Positions 27,459 to 37,959 of a stretch of DNA of 64,000 bases are shown piece after piece (within the stretch, counting starts at the first letter, position 1; each line of letters begins with the position of its first letter). The position numbers and the translations under genes are program-made. Under the pieces are notes generated by a model. The model searched no databases, was not told where the DNA came from, and worked only from the letters and a program-made list of their open reading frames with translations. The DNA comes from an uncultured Acidimicrobiales bacterium (GTDB lineage: Bacteria > Actinomycetota > Acidimicrobiia > Acidimicrobiales > SZUA-35), in the NCBI GenBank assembly GCA_963803875.1, contig CAWDOA010000012.1:85033-149032 (forward strand). The letters are read 5' to 3'.

Positions 27459-29586
27459 GCGCAGCAGCTCGCCGCCCCGCATACCGCCAGAGTGCATCGA
27501 GGGCGGCGATGGCCCTGCCCGCTGACGCATAACAGAGGCGACCGGAACCACGAACCGCAGCGGGACCGGGATTCTCGGGGTTTGACAGACCCAACTCCGT
27601 GGCGACCAGTACCGGTTTGCCCGACGCCTCCGACGCTTCAGCTGCCGCAAACGCGAACCGGGAGTCTTGGCGCTCGTGATACTCCACGATCCGTTCGAGT
27701 CCGTGGTCGGGGTAGAACTGGCCGCGTCGGAACATCGCAGCCTGATTGGCCTGGATCCCCATGCCGAGATAGAGCAGGGCATCGACCGCCTCATGGTCTG
27801 CAACCAGATGCAGAAGCGTGGGGATCGTGTCCCGGGTCTCGCCTCCGGCGAGGTCGATCGGGTTCGATTTGCTCCATCGAGGCGGTAGATACTCGTCAAT
27901 CGCCCGCTTGAGATCCCGCGGAAGCTCCAGCAGTTCGAGGCTGCTGTTCGCCATCGCATCGGCGGCCACGACGCCCCAACCGCCTGCGGCTGTCATGATC
28001 GCTACCCGATTACCTTTGGGCAGTGGCTGGGTTGCGAACGTGGCTGCGAAGTCGAATGCCTGCTCTGGGTCAGCGGCTCGAATCGCACCGGCGGAGCGCA
28101 GGGCACCATCGAACACTCTGTCGTTGCTGGCCAAGGAACCGGTATGGGAGGCCGCAGCCCGTGCTCCCCCATCGGTGGCTCCACCCTTCACGACGATCAC
28201 CGGCATCTGGTCGGAGATCCGAGTCAAGCGATCGGCAAACCCGCGGCCGTCGGCAAGTCCTTCCACATATGCAAGGCCCACGGTGGTCCGAGGATCCGAG
28301 GCGTAGTAATCGAGGTAGTCGATCACACCCAGCATCGCGGCGTTGCCTGCGCTCACGGCCCGGGAGACCCCGACGCCACTTGCGTTTGCGAGGTTCATGA
28401 AGGACGAAACCAGGTTTCCGCTCTGACTTGCGATCCCTATCGATCCCGGCGGCGGATAGGGAGCAACGATCTGGGCACAGAGTTTGGCCGGCGTGCTCAC
28501 TACGCCTTGGCCGTTGGGGCCGGCGATCACAATCCCCAGGTCGGAGGCGAGTTCGATGAGTTCGTTCTGCATTCGCTCGCCTTCTTTGTCTGCCTCGGCG
28601 TATCCCGCCGACGTGACAAAGGCCGCTTTGACTCCACGAGCAGCGCACTGACGAAGGATCTCAGGGTTGACCTTGGCAGGAGTGCAAAGGAACGCCATGT
28701 CGTACCCAACCCCGTCGGGAAGATCATCGACCGAAGGCACGGTCTTGACTCCGAGAACCTCGACGGCCTCACGGTTCGTTGCACCTATCGGACCGGAGAA
28801 TCCGTTGGCCAGGATGTTGTGCAGGGCGACGAATCCAAACTTGCCCGGATGGGTGGAAGCACCAGCCACGATGACACCGCGTGGATCGAACAGTGCCGAA
28901 AGATCGGTTTCACCGTTCTGACTCCGGTCCGACCTGACCGCTGGCTGATCTCGCAACTCAACCAGGGCATCGACGGCCACCGGGCGACCCCGGTCGATCA
29001 GTACCGGGTTGAGGTCAATGGAAACCAGGTCGTTGTCCATCGCAGCATTTCCGAGGGCTAGCAGGAGGTCGATGAGCGCACCCCGTTCAACCGCGGGCTC
29101 ACCTCGGAACTCCGCGAGCAACGACGGGAGCCCGAACGAATCGACCATCTCTCCGGCGGTCACTTCTGTCAGGGGGGCCAGGCGAATCTGCGCTTCGTCG
29201 ATCGCTTCGGCCAAGACGCCACCAATGCCGAAGAGCACGCACGGGCCGAACTGATCGTCCACCGTCACCCCGGCGATGAACTCTCTGACCGTGCTCAGCA
29301 TCGGCGCAACAAGCACACTGACTTCACCGTCGTCGGGACGAGCGGCGGCAAGGAGTTCCTGGGCCGCAGCGGACACGTCTTCGGCTGTTCGCAGACCGAG
29401 ACGGACCAAACCCCTCTCGGTCTTGTGAGCGATGGAGTCGCCGTTCAGCTTCGCTACGACTGGGAATCCGATCTCGATAGCCGCAGCTGCCGCCGCCTCC
29501 GGGCTTGTCGTGCTCCGCTCGGCCGGAAACACAACTCCGTGGGCTGCCAGACGTCTCTTCGATTCCAGTTCTGAAAGGGTACTCAT
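27430..29586 (-). CDS. ADP-forming acetyl/acyl-CoA synthetase family protein (ATP-grasp + CoA-binding + ligase-CoA domains fused)
   Basis: 718-aa ORF with an N-terminal ATP-grasp domain (ESKRRLAAHGVVFP...GFPVVAKL...HKTERGLVRLGL). This is followed by a CoA-binding domain (FDPRGVIVAGASTHPGKFGF...) and VTSAGYAE...IAGPNGQGV. Confidence 0.85.
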   Translation of the reverse strand: MSTLSELESKRRLAAHGVVFPAERSTTSPEAAAAAAIEIGFPVVAKLNGDSIAHKTERGLVRLGLRTAEDVSAAAQELLAAARPDDGEVSVLVAPMLSTVREFIAGVTVDDQFGPCVLFGIGGVLAEAIDEAQIRLAPLTEVTAGEMVDSFGLPSLLAEFRGEPAVERGALIDLLLALGNAAMDNDLVSIDLNPVLIDRGRPVAVDALVELRDQPAVRSDRSQNGETDLSALFDPRGVIVAGASTHPGKFGFVALHNILANGFSGPIGATNREAVEVLGVKTVPSVDDLPDGVGYDMAFLCTPAKVNPEILRQCAARGVKAAFVTSAGYAEADKEGERMQNELIELASDLGIVIAGPNGQGVVSTPAKLCAQIVAPYPPPGSIGIASQSGNLVSSFMNLANASGVGVSRAVSAGNAAMLGVIDYLDYYASDPRTTVGLAYVEGLADGRGFADRLTRISDQMPVIVVKGGATDGGARAAASHTGSLASNDRVFDGALRSAGAIRAADPEQAFDFAATFATQPLPKGNRVAIMTAAGGWGVVAADAMANSSLELLELPRDLKRAIDEYLPPRWSKSNPIDLAGGETRDTIPTLLHLVADHEAVDALLYLGMGIQANQAAMFRRGQFYPDHGLERIVEYHERQDSRFAFAAAEASEASGKPVLVATELGLSNPENPGPAAVRGSGRLCYASAGRAIAALDALWRYAGRRAAAPSSNRQRRH

Positions 29587-29616
29587 CGTGTTTGAACGCT
29601 ACCGGGGACCAGCGGT

Positions 29617-30285
29617 ATGGGCCGAATGCTCGCTCACGAGCCGCCTGCGAGAACTGGCCCTGCCTCTACCCTTGGTCGGGTGAACGAGCCATCGACACGT
29701 GAGCAGATTCTGGTTGAAGCTCGTCATTGTTTTGCGGCCCAGGGATTCGAAGGAACCTCACTCAATGACATAGCCGCCGGCGTAGGTATCCGTCGCCCCA
29801 GTCTGCTGCATCACTTCGATTCCAAGGAGTCGATCTACCGCCAGATTCTCTCCGATGCTCTCGCCGACTGGGGTGACCAGACAGACCGTTCGCGCAACGC
29901 CGACGCCGACGGCTGGGAACTCGTGGACGCAATCGTTGAAACGAGCTTCAAGTTCTTCGTCGCCAATCCGGAGATCATCGTGATGCTTCGCCGAGAAGCC
30001 ATGACGGACCAGAGTCCGTTGGGGTTCAATCTGGGCGTGGCCCTCCGCCCCCATTTCCGACGAGCAGTGAACTTCTTCGAACGCCAGATGGACGCGGGAG
30101 TCTTCCGGCGCCACGATCCCGAGAACCTGGTCCTCACCGGCTACGGGGCGCTCCTGACCTATTTCTCCGACCATGCGATGCTCAAAGGTCTGGTGACCCA
30201 GGATCCGTTCTCCGATGCATCACTGCAAGCTCGCTTCGACCACATGAAGAACTTCATTCGGGCGGCCCTGGAACCTGTCGAGTAG
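29617..30285 (+). CDS. TetR/AcrR family transcriptional regulator
   Basis: HTH motif REQILVEARHCFAAQGFEGTSLNDIAAGVGIRRPSLLHHFDSKESIY. It is divergent from the acyl-CoA synthetase. The start could instead be the GTG at 29680. Confidence 0.85.
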   Translation: MGRMLAHEPPARTGPASTLGRVNEPSTREQILVEARHCFAAQGFEGTSLNDIAAGVGIRRPSLLHHFDSKESIYRQILSDALADWGDQTDRSRNADADGWELVDAIVETSFKFFVANPEIIVMLRREAMTDQSPLGFNLGVALRPHFRRAVNFFERQMDAGVFRRHDPENLVLTGYGALLTYFSDHAMLKGLVTQDPFSDASLQARFDHMKNFIRAALEPVE

Positions 30286-30288
30286 CCG

Positions 30289-31416
30289 ATGCGCAGTTTT
30301 ACCGCGGCCCATTCTGAACATCCGGAGACAATCGAGGCTGCGGCCGAAGTGCTGGCAGATCTTGGGGAACGGATGGACGGAGACCCCGAACTTGCGGTCG
30401 TCTTTGCTGCCGGCGAACACCGAACCGGCCTGGCTGACATCAAGCGAGGACTCGTCGACCTTCTCGGCGTTCAGAACGTACTGGGCGTGTCGGTCAGTGG
30501 CGTCGTCAGTGGTGGGCGTGAAGTGGAGTCCGGATCCGGACTCAGCATCTGGGTTGGCGACACTGGTCCGGTACGACCTGTGCGGCTGGAAGCGATCGAC
30601 GCAGGTCGCACGATTCTCGGCCTCCCCGCCGATGTCGAGGAGGGGGCGGTGCTGGTTCTTCTTGCTGATCCCTTCAGCTTTCCGGTCGACAGGTTGCTCG
30701 AAGGAATCGACGGCGAATCAACCGGCCTTCGCGTGGTGGGAGGGCTGGCATCTGCTGGCCGAGCACCGAGGGAGAACGAGCTGCTCTTGAACGGAACCAT
30801 CCACACCGACGGTGCCGTTGGCGTACTGCTCGAGCCCGGCCGAGCTCGGCCTGTCGTCAGTCAGGGGTGCCGGCCGATCGGCCAACCATGGGTTGTCACC
30901 GAGGGCACAGGGCAGATGATCAGGAAACTCGGAGGGCTCCCTGCAATCGAGCGGCTTCAGCCGCTGATCGATTCGCTCTCCCCCCAAGACCGTGCCCTGG
31001 CGGCCAAGGGACTGCACGTTGGGGTCGTCGCCAACGAACAGGTGGAGACCTTCGAACAGGGAGATTTTCTGATTCGTTCGCTGATGGGTGTCGACCGCTC
31101 CACCGGTGCGCTTGCAGTTGGTGCCCGGATCGGTGTTGGGCAGATCATCCAGTTCCATGTCCGAGACGCTGAGTCGGCCACCGCAGACATGTACCGGCAA
31201 CTCGGTGCGGTCCCTACGCCGGTGCGGGGCTCACTCGTGTTCACCTGCACCGGGCGAGGAACCAACATGTTCACCGAACCGCACCATGACGCTCAGATAC
31301 TCACGGAGATCTTCAGCGACGTCGCCAACGCCGGCATGTTCTGTGCGGGTGAGATCGGGCCGGTTGGAAAGCGGAATGCTGTACACGGATTCACCGCCAC
31401 CATGCTCCTGTTCTGA
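30289..31416 (+). CDS. FIST N/C-domain protein (stand-alone sensor-type domain)
   Basis: 375-aa ORF starting 4 nt after the TetR stop. The C-terminal part, LVFTCTGRGTNMFTEPHHDAQILTEIF..AGMFCAGEIGPVG.RNAVHGFTATMLLF, is the typical FIST_C ending. Confidence 0.75.
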   Translation: MRSFTAAHSEHPETIEAAAEVLADLGERMDGDPELAVVFAAGEHRTGLADIKRGLVDLLGVQNVLGVSVSGVVSGGREVESGSGLSIWVGDTGPVRPVRLEAIDAGRTILGLPADVEEGAVLVLLADPFSFPVDRLLEGIDGESTGLRVVGGLASAGRAPRENELLLNGTIHTDGAVGVLLEPGRARPVVSQGCRPIGQPWVVTEGTGQMIRKLGGLPAIERLQPLIDSLSPQDRALAAKGLHVGVVANEQVETFEQGDFLIRSLMGVDRSTGALAVGARIGVGQIIQFHVRDAESATADMYRQLGAVPTPVRGSLVFTCTGRGTNMFTEPHHDAQILTEIFSDVANAGMFCAGEIGPVGKRNAVHGFTATMLLF

Positions 31417-31539
31417 CTCCTGTCACCGCCCCACCGTTGTGGTCCTCTCCGCTCCCGGCCGGCGGCGCTCCGTGTCGAACCGGGCCCCAGTGACGTATGG
31501 CCGGTGTTCTCATCTCAGGCTCGCCGCTAGGGTCGTGGC

Positions 31540-31937
31540 GTGACCGTGCCACAGATTTCACTGGACGAAACCTGGGAGATGCTCTCCAAGGATCCTGACG
31601 CTGTGTTGATCGATGTTCGCACCATGGCCGAATGGTCCTTCGTAGGAATCCCCGACCTCACGGCGCTTGGAAAAACGTGCGGACCGTCGAGTGGACCTCG
31701 TTCCCCACCGGTCAACCCAATCCCGACTTCGTCGAACAGGCAACCGAAGGCCTTGCACCAGAGCAGACCCTGCTCATGTTGTGTCGATCGGGTGGAAGGT
31801 CGAACGCAGCCGCCGAGGTTCTCAACGCAAACGGATTCACGGCCATCAACGTTGGATCGGGCTTCGAAGGTGACCTCGATCCTCAGGGCCACCGGCACGG
31901 CGGGTGGAAAGACGAACTTCCGTGGCGTCAGAGCTGA
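31540..31937 (+). pseudogene. single-domain rhodanese sulfurtransferase; frameshifted in an A5 run
   Basis: ORF 31540- reads ISLDETWEMLSKDPDAVLIDVRTMAEWSFVGIPDLTALGK. It continues in ORF 31632-31937 as NVRTVEWTSFPTG...LLMLCRSGGRSNAAAEVLNANGFTAINVGSGFEGD. The junction is at ggaaaaacg (31668-31676). Confidence 0.75.
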
Positions 31938-33154
31938 GCAGCTGGGGTGAAGCGACAACGCTCGTGCGAGGCGGACTCAATCGATCCAGCTTCGATGAGA
32001 CGGCGGAGGCTCTCTATCTGACGTCAGGTTATGTCTACGGGTCGGCTGAAGAAGCCGAAGCCGCATTCAAGGGCGAACACGACCGCTACATCTACAGCCG
32101 TTACGGCAACCCCACGGTCTCGATGTTCGAGAACCGCCTACGAATGCTCGAAGGAGCCGAGGCGTGCATGGCCACAGCCAGCGGCATGGCGGCAGTTTTC
32201 GCTGCGCTGGCATCAACGGTCAGCGCCGGAGATCGCGTTGTCGCCTCGAGAGCGCTGTTTGGATCGTGTCATGTGATCCTCACCGAGATCCTGCCCCGCA
32301 TGGGTGTCGAGACCCAACTGGTCGACGGGTTGTCATTGGAGGAATGGGACCGCGCATTGGCCGACGGAGCGAGGGCTGTCTTCCTCGAAACGCCATCGAA
32401 CCCGGGCCTGGAAATCATCGACATTGTTGCGGTGTGCGAACGTGCTCACGCAGTTGGGGCTCTCGTGATCGTTGACAACATTTTCGCCAGCCCCGTTCTG
32501 CAGAAACCGCTCCAGCTGGGCGCCGACGTCGTCGTGTATTCGGCCACAAAACACATCGATGGCCAGGGTCGAACGCTCGGTGGTGCTGTTCTGGGCAGCG
32601 AAGAATTCGTGTTCACCACCTTGAAACCGTTCCTTCGCCACACCGGTCCAAGCCTCAGCCCGTTCAACGCATGGGTGTTGGTGAAGGGAATGGAGACGTT
32701 GTCCCTACGAGTCAATGCCATGAGCAGCTCGGCCGAACGATTGGCAGCATCGTTGAGCGACCATCCCATGGTCGCCTCCATGCGATACCCCGGCCACGAG
32801 TCACATCCCCAGTTCGACCTGGCAAAACGGCAGATGAAACGTGGTGGGACCATTCTGACACTCACCGTCGAAGGACAAGGCGACCGGGCGAAACGGAATG
32901 CGTTCGACATGATGAACGCGCTCCAGCTGTGCGACATCTCAAACAACATCGGTGATTCGAAGACGCTCGTCACCCACCCGGCAACCACAACACACCGCCG
33001 ACTCTCCGTTGATGCCCGGGCCGCTGTGGGCATAACCGACGGGGTCATCCGAATCTCCGTTGGTCTCGAGGATGTCGAAGACATACAGGCCGATCTCATC
33101 AGGGCGCTCGACGGTGTGAACAAGAACGGCGATTCCACGTCGTTGCCGTCATGA
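31922..33154 (+). CDS. metZ: O-succinylhomoserine sulfhydrylase
   Basis: Motifs are TLVRGGLNRSSFDETAEALYLTSGYVYGSAEEAEAAFKGE.DRYIYSRYGNPTVSMFENRL and VYSATKHIDGQGR (PLP lysine). The start is uncertain (GTG 31904 or 31922), and it overlaps the rhodanese stop. Confidence 0.85.
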   Translation: MASELSSWGEATTLVRGGLNRSSFDETAEALYLTSGYVYGSAEEAEAAFKGEHDRYIYSRYGNPTVSMFENRLRMLEGAEACMATASGMAAVFAALASTVSAGDRVVASRALFGSCHVILTEILPRMGVETQLVDGLSLEEWDRALADGARAVFLETPSNPGLEIIDIVAVCERAHAVGALVIVDNIFASPVLQKPLQLGADVVVYSATKHIDGQGRTLGGAVLGSEEFVFTTLKPFLRHTGPSLSPFNAWVLVKGMETLSLRVNAMSSSAERLAASLSDHPMVASMRYPGHESHPQFDLAKRQMKRGGTILTLTVEGQGDRAKRNAFDMMNALQLCDISNNIGDSKTLVTHPATTTHRRLSVDARAAVGITDGVIRISVGLEDVEDIQADLIRALDGVNKNGDSTSLPS

Positions 33155-33227
33155 GCGGTTCGCACCACGGGCAAACTGCCGCAAAGACACCTGCCAAGCC
33201 AACGCTCGACCCTAGGAGTGACCGCCA

Positions 33228-33620
33228 GTGGAGATAATCGCCGCCGTTTTCGCCGAAGACATACAGCTCCGACCCGTGCCCGGACCCGCTACCCAAATCG
33301 ACCTCACAGGTATTCAGTTCTCTGCGCCGGCGCCCGGACCGCTACCTGTGACGGTGGGTCCCCACCTCATGGTCTTGGTGTGGTGCCCGCCCGATCACAA
33401 CGGATTCGGAGCCCTGGAGGTTCTCTTCACTCGAGAGGGGGAGACCGAACCCGTGGCCCGCAATGTTCAGCCCCTTCAGATCGAGCCGGGAAAGTTCAAC
33501 TACCGCCTCGTTCGGGCCGAGATCCCCTTTACCGAATACGGGACGGTTGTGGCCCTGTGCCGCATCGACGGAGGTCAGTTGACCCGGGTGCCCTACACCC
33601 TGCTGCCGCCGCAGGATTAG
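33228..33620 (+). CDS. hypothetical protein
   Basis: 130-aa ORF with a GTG start preceded by AGGAG about 12 nt upstream. No recognised family (…MVLVWCPPDHNGFGALEVLFTREGE…). Confidence 0.4.
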   Translation: MEIIAAVFAEDIQLRPVPGPATQIDLTGIQFSAPAPGPLPVTVGPHLMVLVWCPPDHNGFGALEVLFTREGETEPVARNVQPLQIEPGKFNYRLVRAEIPFTEYGTVVALCRIDGGQLTRVPYTLLPPQD

Positions 33621-33677
33621 GCACGGTCTCGTCGCAACAGCATCAGCCAGTAACTGCGTTCGGAGTACGCTGACAGC

Positions 33678-35586
33678 GTGAGTGCAACCGAACTCGAAAC
33701 CCTGGGCATCAACGTCATTCGTGGCATTGCGATGGATGGCCCGGCCGCTGCGAAGTCAGGTCATCAAGGAACGGCGATGGCCCTCGCGCCATTGGCGCAT
33801 GTCCTGTGGACGCGAATCATGCGTTACGACCCGGCCCGCCCTGATTGGCCCGATCGGGATCGATTCGTCCTGTCGAACGGCCACACGTCGATCCTGCAGT
33901 ACGCCATGCTGCATCTCACCGGCTACAACCTGAGCCTCGATGATCTGAAACAGTTTCGGCAGTGGGATTCCCTGACGCCGGGCCATCCTGAAGCCGGCCA
34001 CACCGATGGCGTAGAGGTCACCACCGGTCCCCTGGGTCAGGGCTTCGCCAACGCGGTCGGGCTCGCCATCGCCGAGCGATACCTTCGCGCTAGGTTCGGC
34101 GCCGACGTGATGAACCATCACACGTACGTGATCATGAGCGACGGCTGCCTCTCAGAGGGCGTGAGCCACGAGGCGGCCAGCTTGGCCGGACACCAGAGGC
34201 TCGGCAATCTCATTGCGATCTACGACGACAATCACATCACGATCGACGGCGAAACAGAACTGGCCCTCTCTGACCACACCGCCAAGCGGTTCGAGGCCTA
34301 CGGCTGGCACGTCATCGACATCGGAGACGCAGGCGAGGACCTCGATTCGATCGAAGCGGCGCTCAACGATGCGCAGGCGGAGACCGAGCGGCCCTCGCTG
34401 GTCATCGTCCGCACCCACATCGGCTACCCCTCCCCGACCCTTACCGACCATCACACCGCTCACGGGCTTGCCTTTGGGGACGAGGAAATCGCAGCGACCA
34501 AGGAAGTGATGGGCCTGCCCGACACGCCGTTCTTCATTCCCGAAGAGGTCAAGAGCTACTACGCCGCGGCGGGTTCGGCGGGGGCAGCAATGTCGGCCGA
34601 CTGGGATGAACGGGTTGCAGCGTCGAACCTCGACAGTGCCACGTGGGATGCATGTTGGGCCGGCAAGGGAACCACAGGGTGGGATTCGTCCCTACCTACA
34701 TTCGACGAGGGATCTTCGATCGCCACTCGCAAAGCGTCTCAGGCTGTTATCGAAGCAATTGCGCCAGGACTGCCCAGCTTGATCGGCGGTGCAGCCGACC
34801 TCACGGGCAACACCGGAACCGCACTCAACGGGATGGGTGTACAGAGCGCCAAAGACCCCGGTGGACGTCAGATCTTCTTCGGCGTACGCGAACACGCTAT
34901 GGGGGCAGCACTGGTGGGTATGGCAAAACACGGTGGAGTGCTTCCCTTCGGCGGCACGTTCGAGGTCTTTGCCGACTACATGCGCCCAGCCATCCGCCTG
35001 GCCGCGCTCAGCCACGCCAAGGCTCTCTTCGTGTTCACCCACGATTCGGTGGGTGTTGGCGAAGACGGACCTACCCACCAGCCGGTCGAACAGACGATGA
35101 GCCTCCGAGCGATTCCGGGGCTGACGGTCATCCGACCCGGCGACGCCACCGAATCGGTGGGCGCCTGGCTCACTGCCTTGGAAACCGACGGTCCAACGGC
35201 GTTGATTTTCTCGCGGCAGGGCGTCCCGGTTCAGACCGCCACGTCTGCGGACGGAGTTGCCAAGGGTGCGTACGCTCTGAACGATGTACCGTCGCCCGAC
35301 GCGATCGTTATCGGCACGGGTTCAGAGCTCGGGGTCTGCGATCGCAGCCGCTGAACTGGTCGAGGCAGACGTGCGGATCGTGTCGATGCCGTGTTGGGAG
35401 CTCTTCGATGCCCAGGACACGTCCTATCGCCAGTCGGTTCTTCCGGCTGGAGTGCCCACTGTTTCAGTAGAAGCTGGTGTGACACTCGGTTGGCACAAGT
35501 ACGCCACCGACGTCGTGGGAATAGACCGCTTTGGGGCGTCCGCTCCTGGCTCCACAGTCATGAAGGAACTGGGGATCACGCGCTGA
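33678..35586 (+). pseudogene. tkt: transketolase; frameshifted near the C-terminus (G4 run)
   Basis: ORF 33678-35354 has SGHQGTAMALAPLAHVLW, DRDRFVLSNGH and GPLGQGFANAVGLAIAE. The C-terminal ~85 aa are in ORF 35284-35586 (SAIAAAELVEADVRIVSMPCWELFDAQ...IDRFGASAPG). The junction is at 35330-35335. Confidence 0.9.
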
Positions 35587-35718
35587 GGCGGTTGCGATCA
35601 GAGTGCAAGCCCTGCTCTAGATCGACGAGCCAACGAGGCTCGATCGAGATGACGAGTCGCCACGGCACTGACCCCGGGATATCGGAATGTCCGTTACGAC
35701 ATATGGATAGAATTCGGT

Positions 35719-36825
35719 ATGGGTCGAATTCATGATTTGTACACCGAGCAAGGCCAAAGCCCTTGGCTCGACAACCTGCGCCGCGGTTGGCTGCACGGCG
35801 GCGAAATGCAGAGATGGATCGACCGCGGTGTTCGTGGCCTCACCAGCAACCCTTCGATCTTCGCCAAGGCAATGACCGATACCGACGACTACGACGCCGA
35901 CCTACGCCGCCTGGTCGGTGAAGGAAAGAGCGTCACCGATGCCTATTGGGACCTCGTAGTCGCCGACATCCGGGCAGCGACTTCGCTGCTTCTTCCGGTG
36001 TTCGAGTCCTCTGATGGAGAGGATGGCTATGTATCGGTCGAGGTATCGCCGACCCTCGCCGACGACACCGAACAGACCGTTGACGCTGCCCGAGACCTCC
36101 ACGCACGAGTCGAGTCGCCGAATCTCTACATCAAGGTGCCGGCAACAGTCGAGGGACTACCTGCGGTCCAGAAACTCATCGGCGAAGGGATCAGCGTCAA
36201 CGTCACGCTGATCTTCGGGTTGCAGCAGTACGCCGGCGTGATGGAGGCGTATATCGCAGGGCTGGAGTCTTGGGCAGCAGACAATCCTGAAGGTACTCTC
36301 GGCCACATCTCATCGGTTGCGTCGTTCTTCATCTCTCGAGTCGATGTCGAGGTCGACCGACGGCTCGACGAAATCGGCGACGAAGCGGCCACTGCACTGA
36401 TGGGCAAGGCGGCGATCGCCAATGCGAAGTTGGCCTATCAGATGTTCGAGAAGGCCTTCAGCGGACCTCGCTGGGAAGCGCTGGCAGACCGGGGGGCACG
36501 GGTCCAACGTCCATTGTGGGCCAGCACATCCACGAAAAACCCGACCTACTCCGACACCCTGTACGTGGACGAGCTGATCGGACCCAACACGGTGAACACG
36601 CTCCCCGACACGACGCTCAACGCGTTCGACGATCACGGTACGGTCCGACGGACCATCGACGCCGACGTGGGCTCCGCCCATCGGGTTGTCGAGAATCTGC
36701 TGACGCTGGGTATCGATCTCGAGGAGGTCGCCGTGAAGCTCGAAGAAGAGGGCGTTGGCAGCTTCGCCAAGTCCTTCGAGGAGGTTCTCGAGACTCTCGG
36801 AACCCGGGCCGACGAAATGTCATAG
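35719..36825 (+). CDS. tal: transaldolase (long actinobacterial type)
   Basis: 368-aa ORF with GQSPWLDNLRRGWL, GLTSNPSIFAKA, YVSVEVSP, NLYIKVPAT and SVASFFISRVD. It lies immediately downstream of tkt. Confidence 0.9.
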   Translation: MGRIHDLYTEQGQSPWLDNLRRGWLHGGEMQRWIDRGVRGLTSNPSIFAKAMTDTDDYDADLRRLVGEGKSVTDAYWDLVVADIRAATSLLLPVFESSDGEDGYVSVEVSPTLADDTEQTVDAARDLHARVESPNLYIKVPATVEGLPAVQKLIGEGISVNVTLIFGLQQYAGVMEAYIAGLESWAADNPEGTLGHISSVASFFISRVDVEVDRRLDEIGDEAATALMGKAAIANAKLAYQMFEKAFSGPRWEALADRGARVQRPLWASTSTKNPTYSDTLYVDELIGPNTVNTLPDTTLNAFDDHGTVRRTIDADVGSAHRVVENLLTLGIDLEEVAVKLEEEGVGSFAKSFEEVLETLGTRADEMS

Positions 36826-36972
36826 GCGGCACGAGAAGGGGCTCAATGGCCCATCGGCGAGAGTGAAATGTCACTTCTCTGTCTGAGCGAGGATTCATAC
36901 GCCGATCGCTGAACACATCGCAGCGAGTTGGAATAGCGGCCGCGCCGCACTGACCGGTTCTCCGTTGTTTGT

Positions 36973-37959
36973 CTAGGACTCTGAGTCCCGCAGCCTCTGT
37001 TCGTGGGTGTTGACCGTTTCGCCGGCGCCGCTTCCCGTCTTCTTCAGCGCTCGGATGATTCCAACCAAGTTGTCGTCGCGAAGCTGTTCGAGCTCGCGGA
37101 TCGTCATTTGGCCCGACTGTTCATCCGACTGACCGGCGATGAGCTCCACCAGTTCGTCGTTGAACTCGGGTACATCGGTCAGCTTGGACCAGGGCCACTC
37201 GAGCGCCGGGCCGAACTGGGCCATGAAATGCTTCATCCCGGCCTCACCGCCTGCGATGCGATAGGTCTCGAACATCCCCATCTGGGCCCAGCGGAGCCCG
37301 AATCCATACCGTATGGCGTCGTCAAGCTCCTCCGTGGTGCAGATGCCATCCTTTATCAACCACAAGCCTTCTCGCCAGACGGCTTCGAGGAGACGATCGG
37401 CAATGTGGGCATCGATCTCCTTTCGAACGACGAGCGGTTTCATGCCGATTGATTCGAGAGTTTCCCCTATGCGATCGACCAGACTCGAAGGCGTCCACGG
37501 GGATGGCACCACCTCCACCAGGGGAAGCAGATACACCGGGTTGAAGGGGTGGGCTACGACAATCTGGCTCGGATTGAGTGCTCCCTCGATCAGCTCTGAT
37601 GGTTTGAATCCCGACGTTGAGGAGCCGACGATCGAGTCGTCGTCGGCACTCTCTTGGATCCGAGCAAACGTCTCACGTTTCAGGTCGAGGCGCTCCGGCA
37701 CCGATTCTTGAATCCAGAGGGCACCCTCCACAGCCTCAGCAAGCTCGTCGTGGAACAGAAGCTGACCCTCGGGAGGCAGACGTTGGTCGTAGAGGGCGGG
37801 CAGCGCTCGTCGGGCATGGGCGATGACCTCGCCGATCTTGCGTTCCGCATCCGGGTCGGGGTCGAAGACCGAAACGTCCCATCCGTTGAGGAGGAATCGA
37901 GCAGCCCAACCACCTCCGATAACACCGCCCCCAACTACGGCAGCTCTCCGGTCGCTCAC
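36973..37959 (-). CDS. 3-hydroxyacyl-CoA dehydrogenase family protein, L-carnitine dehydrogenase-like
   Basis: 328-aa ORF with AAVVGGGVIGGGWAARFLLNGWDVSVFDPDPDAER, WIQESVPERLDLK, GSSTSGFKPSEL, VAHPFNPVYLLPLVEVV, GFGLRWAQMGMFETYRIAGGEAGMKHFMAQFGPAL. It is strongly LcdH-like by eye. Confidence 0.8.
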   Translation of the reverse strand: MSDRRAAVVGGGVIGGGWAARFLLNGWDVSVFDPDPDAERKIGEVIAHARRALPALYDQRLPPEGQLLFHDELAEAVEGALWIQESVPERLDLKRETFARIQESADDDSIVGSSTSGFKPSELIEGALNPSQIVVAHPFNPVYLLPLVEVVPSPWTPSSLVDRIGETLESIGMKPLVVRKEIDAHIADRLLEAVWREGLWLIKDGICTTEELDDAIRYGFGLRWAQMGMFETYRIAGGEAGMKHFMAQFGPALEWPWSKLTDVPEFNDELVELIAGQSDEQSGQMTIRELEQLRDDNLVGIIRALKKTGSGAGETVNTHEQRLRDSES

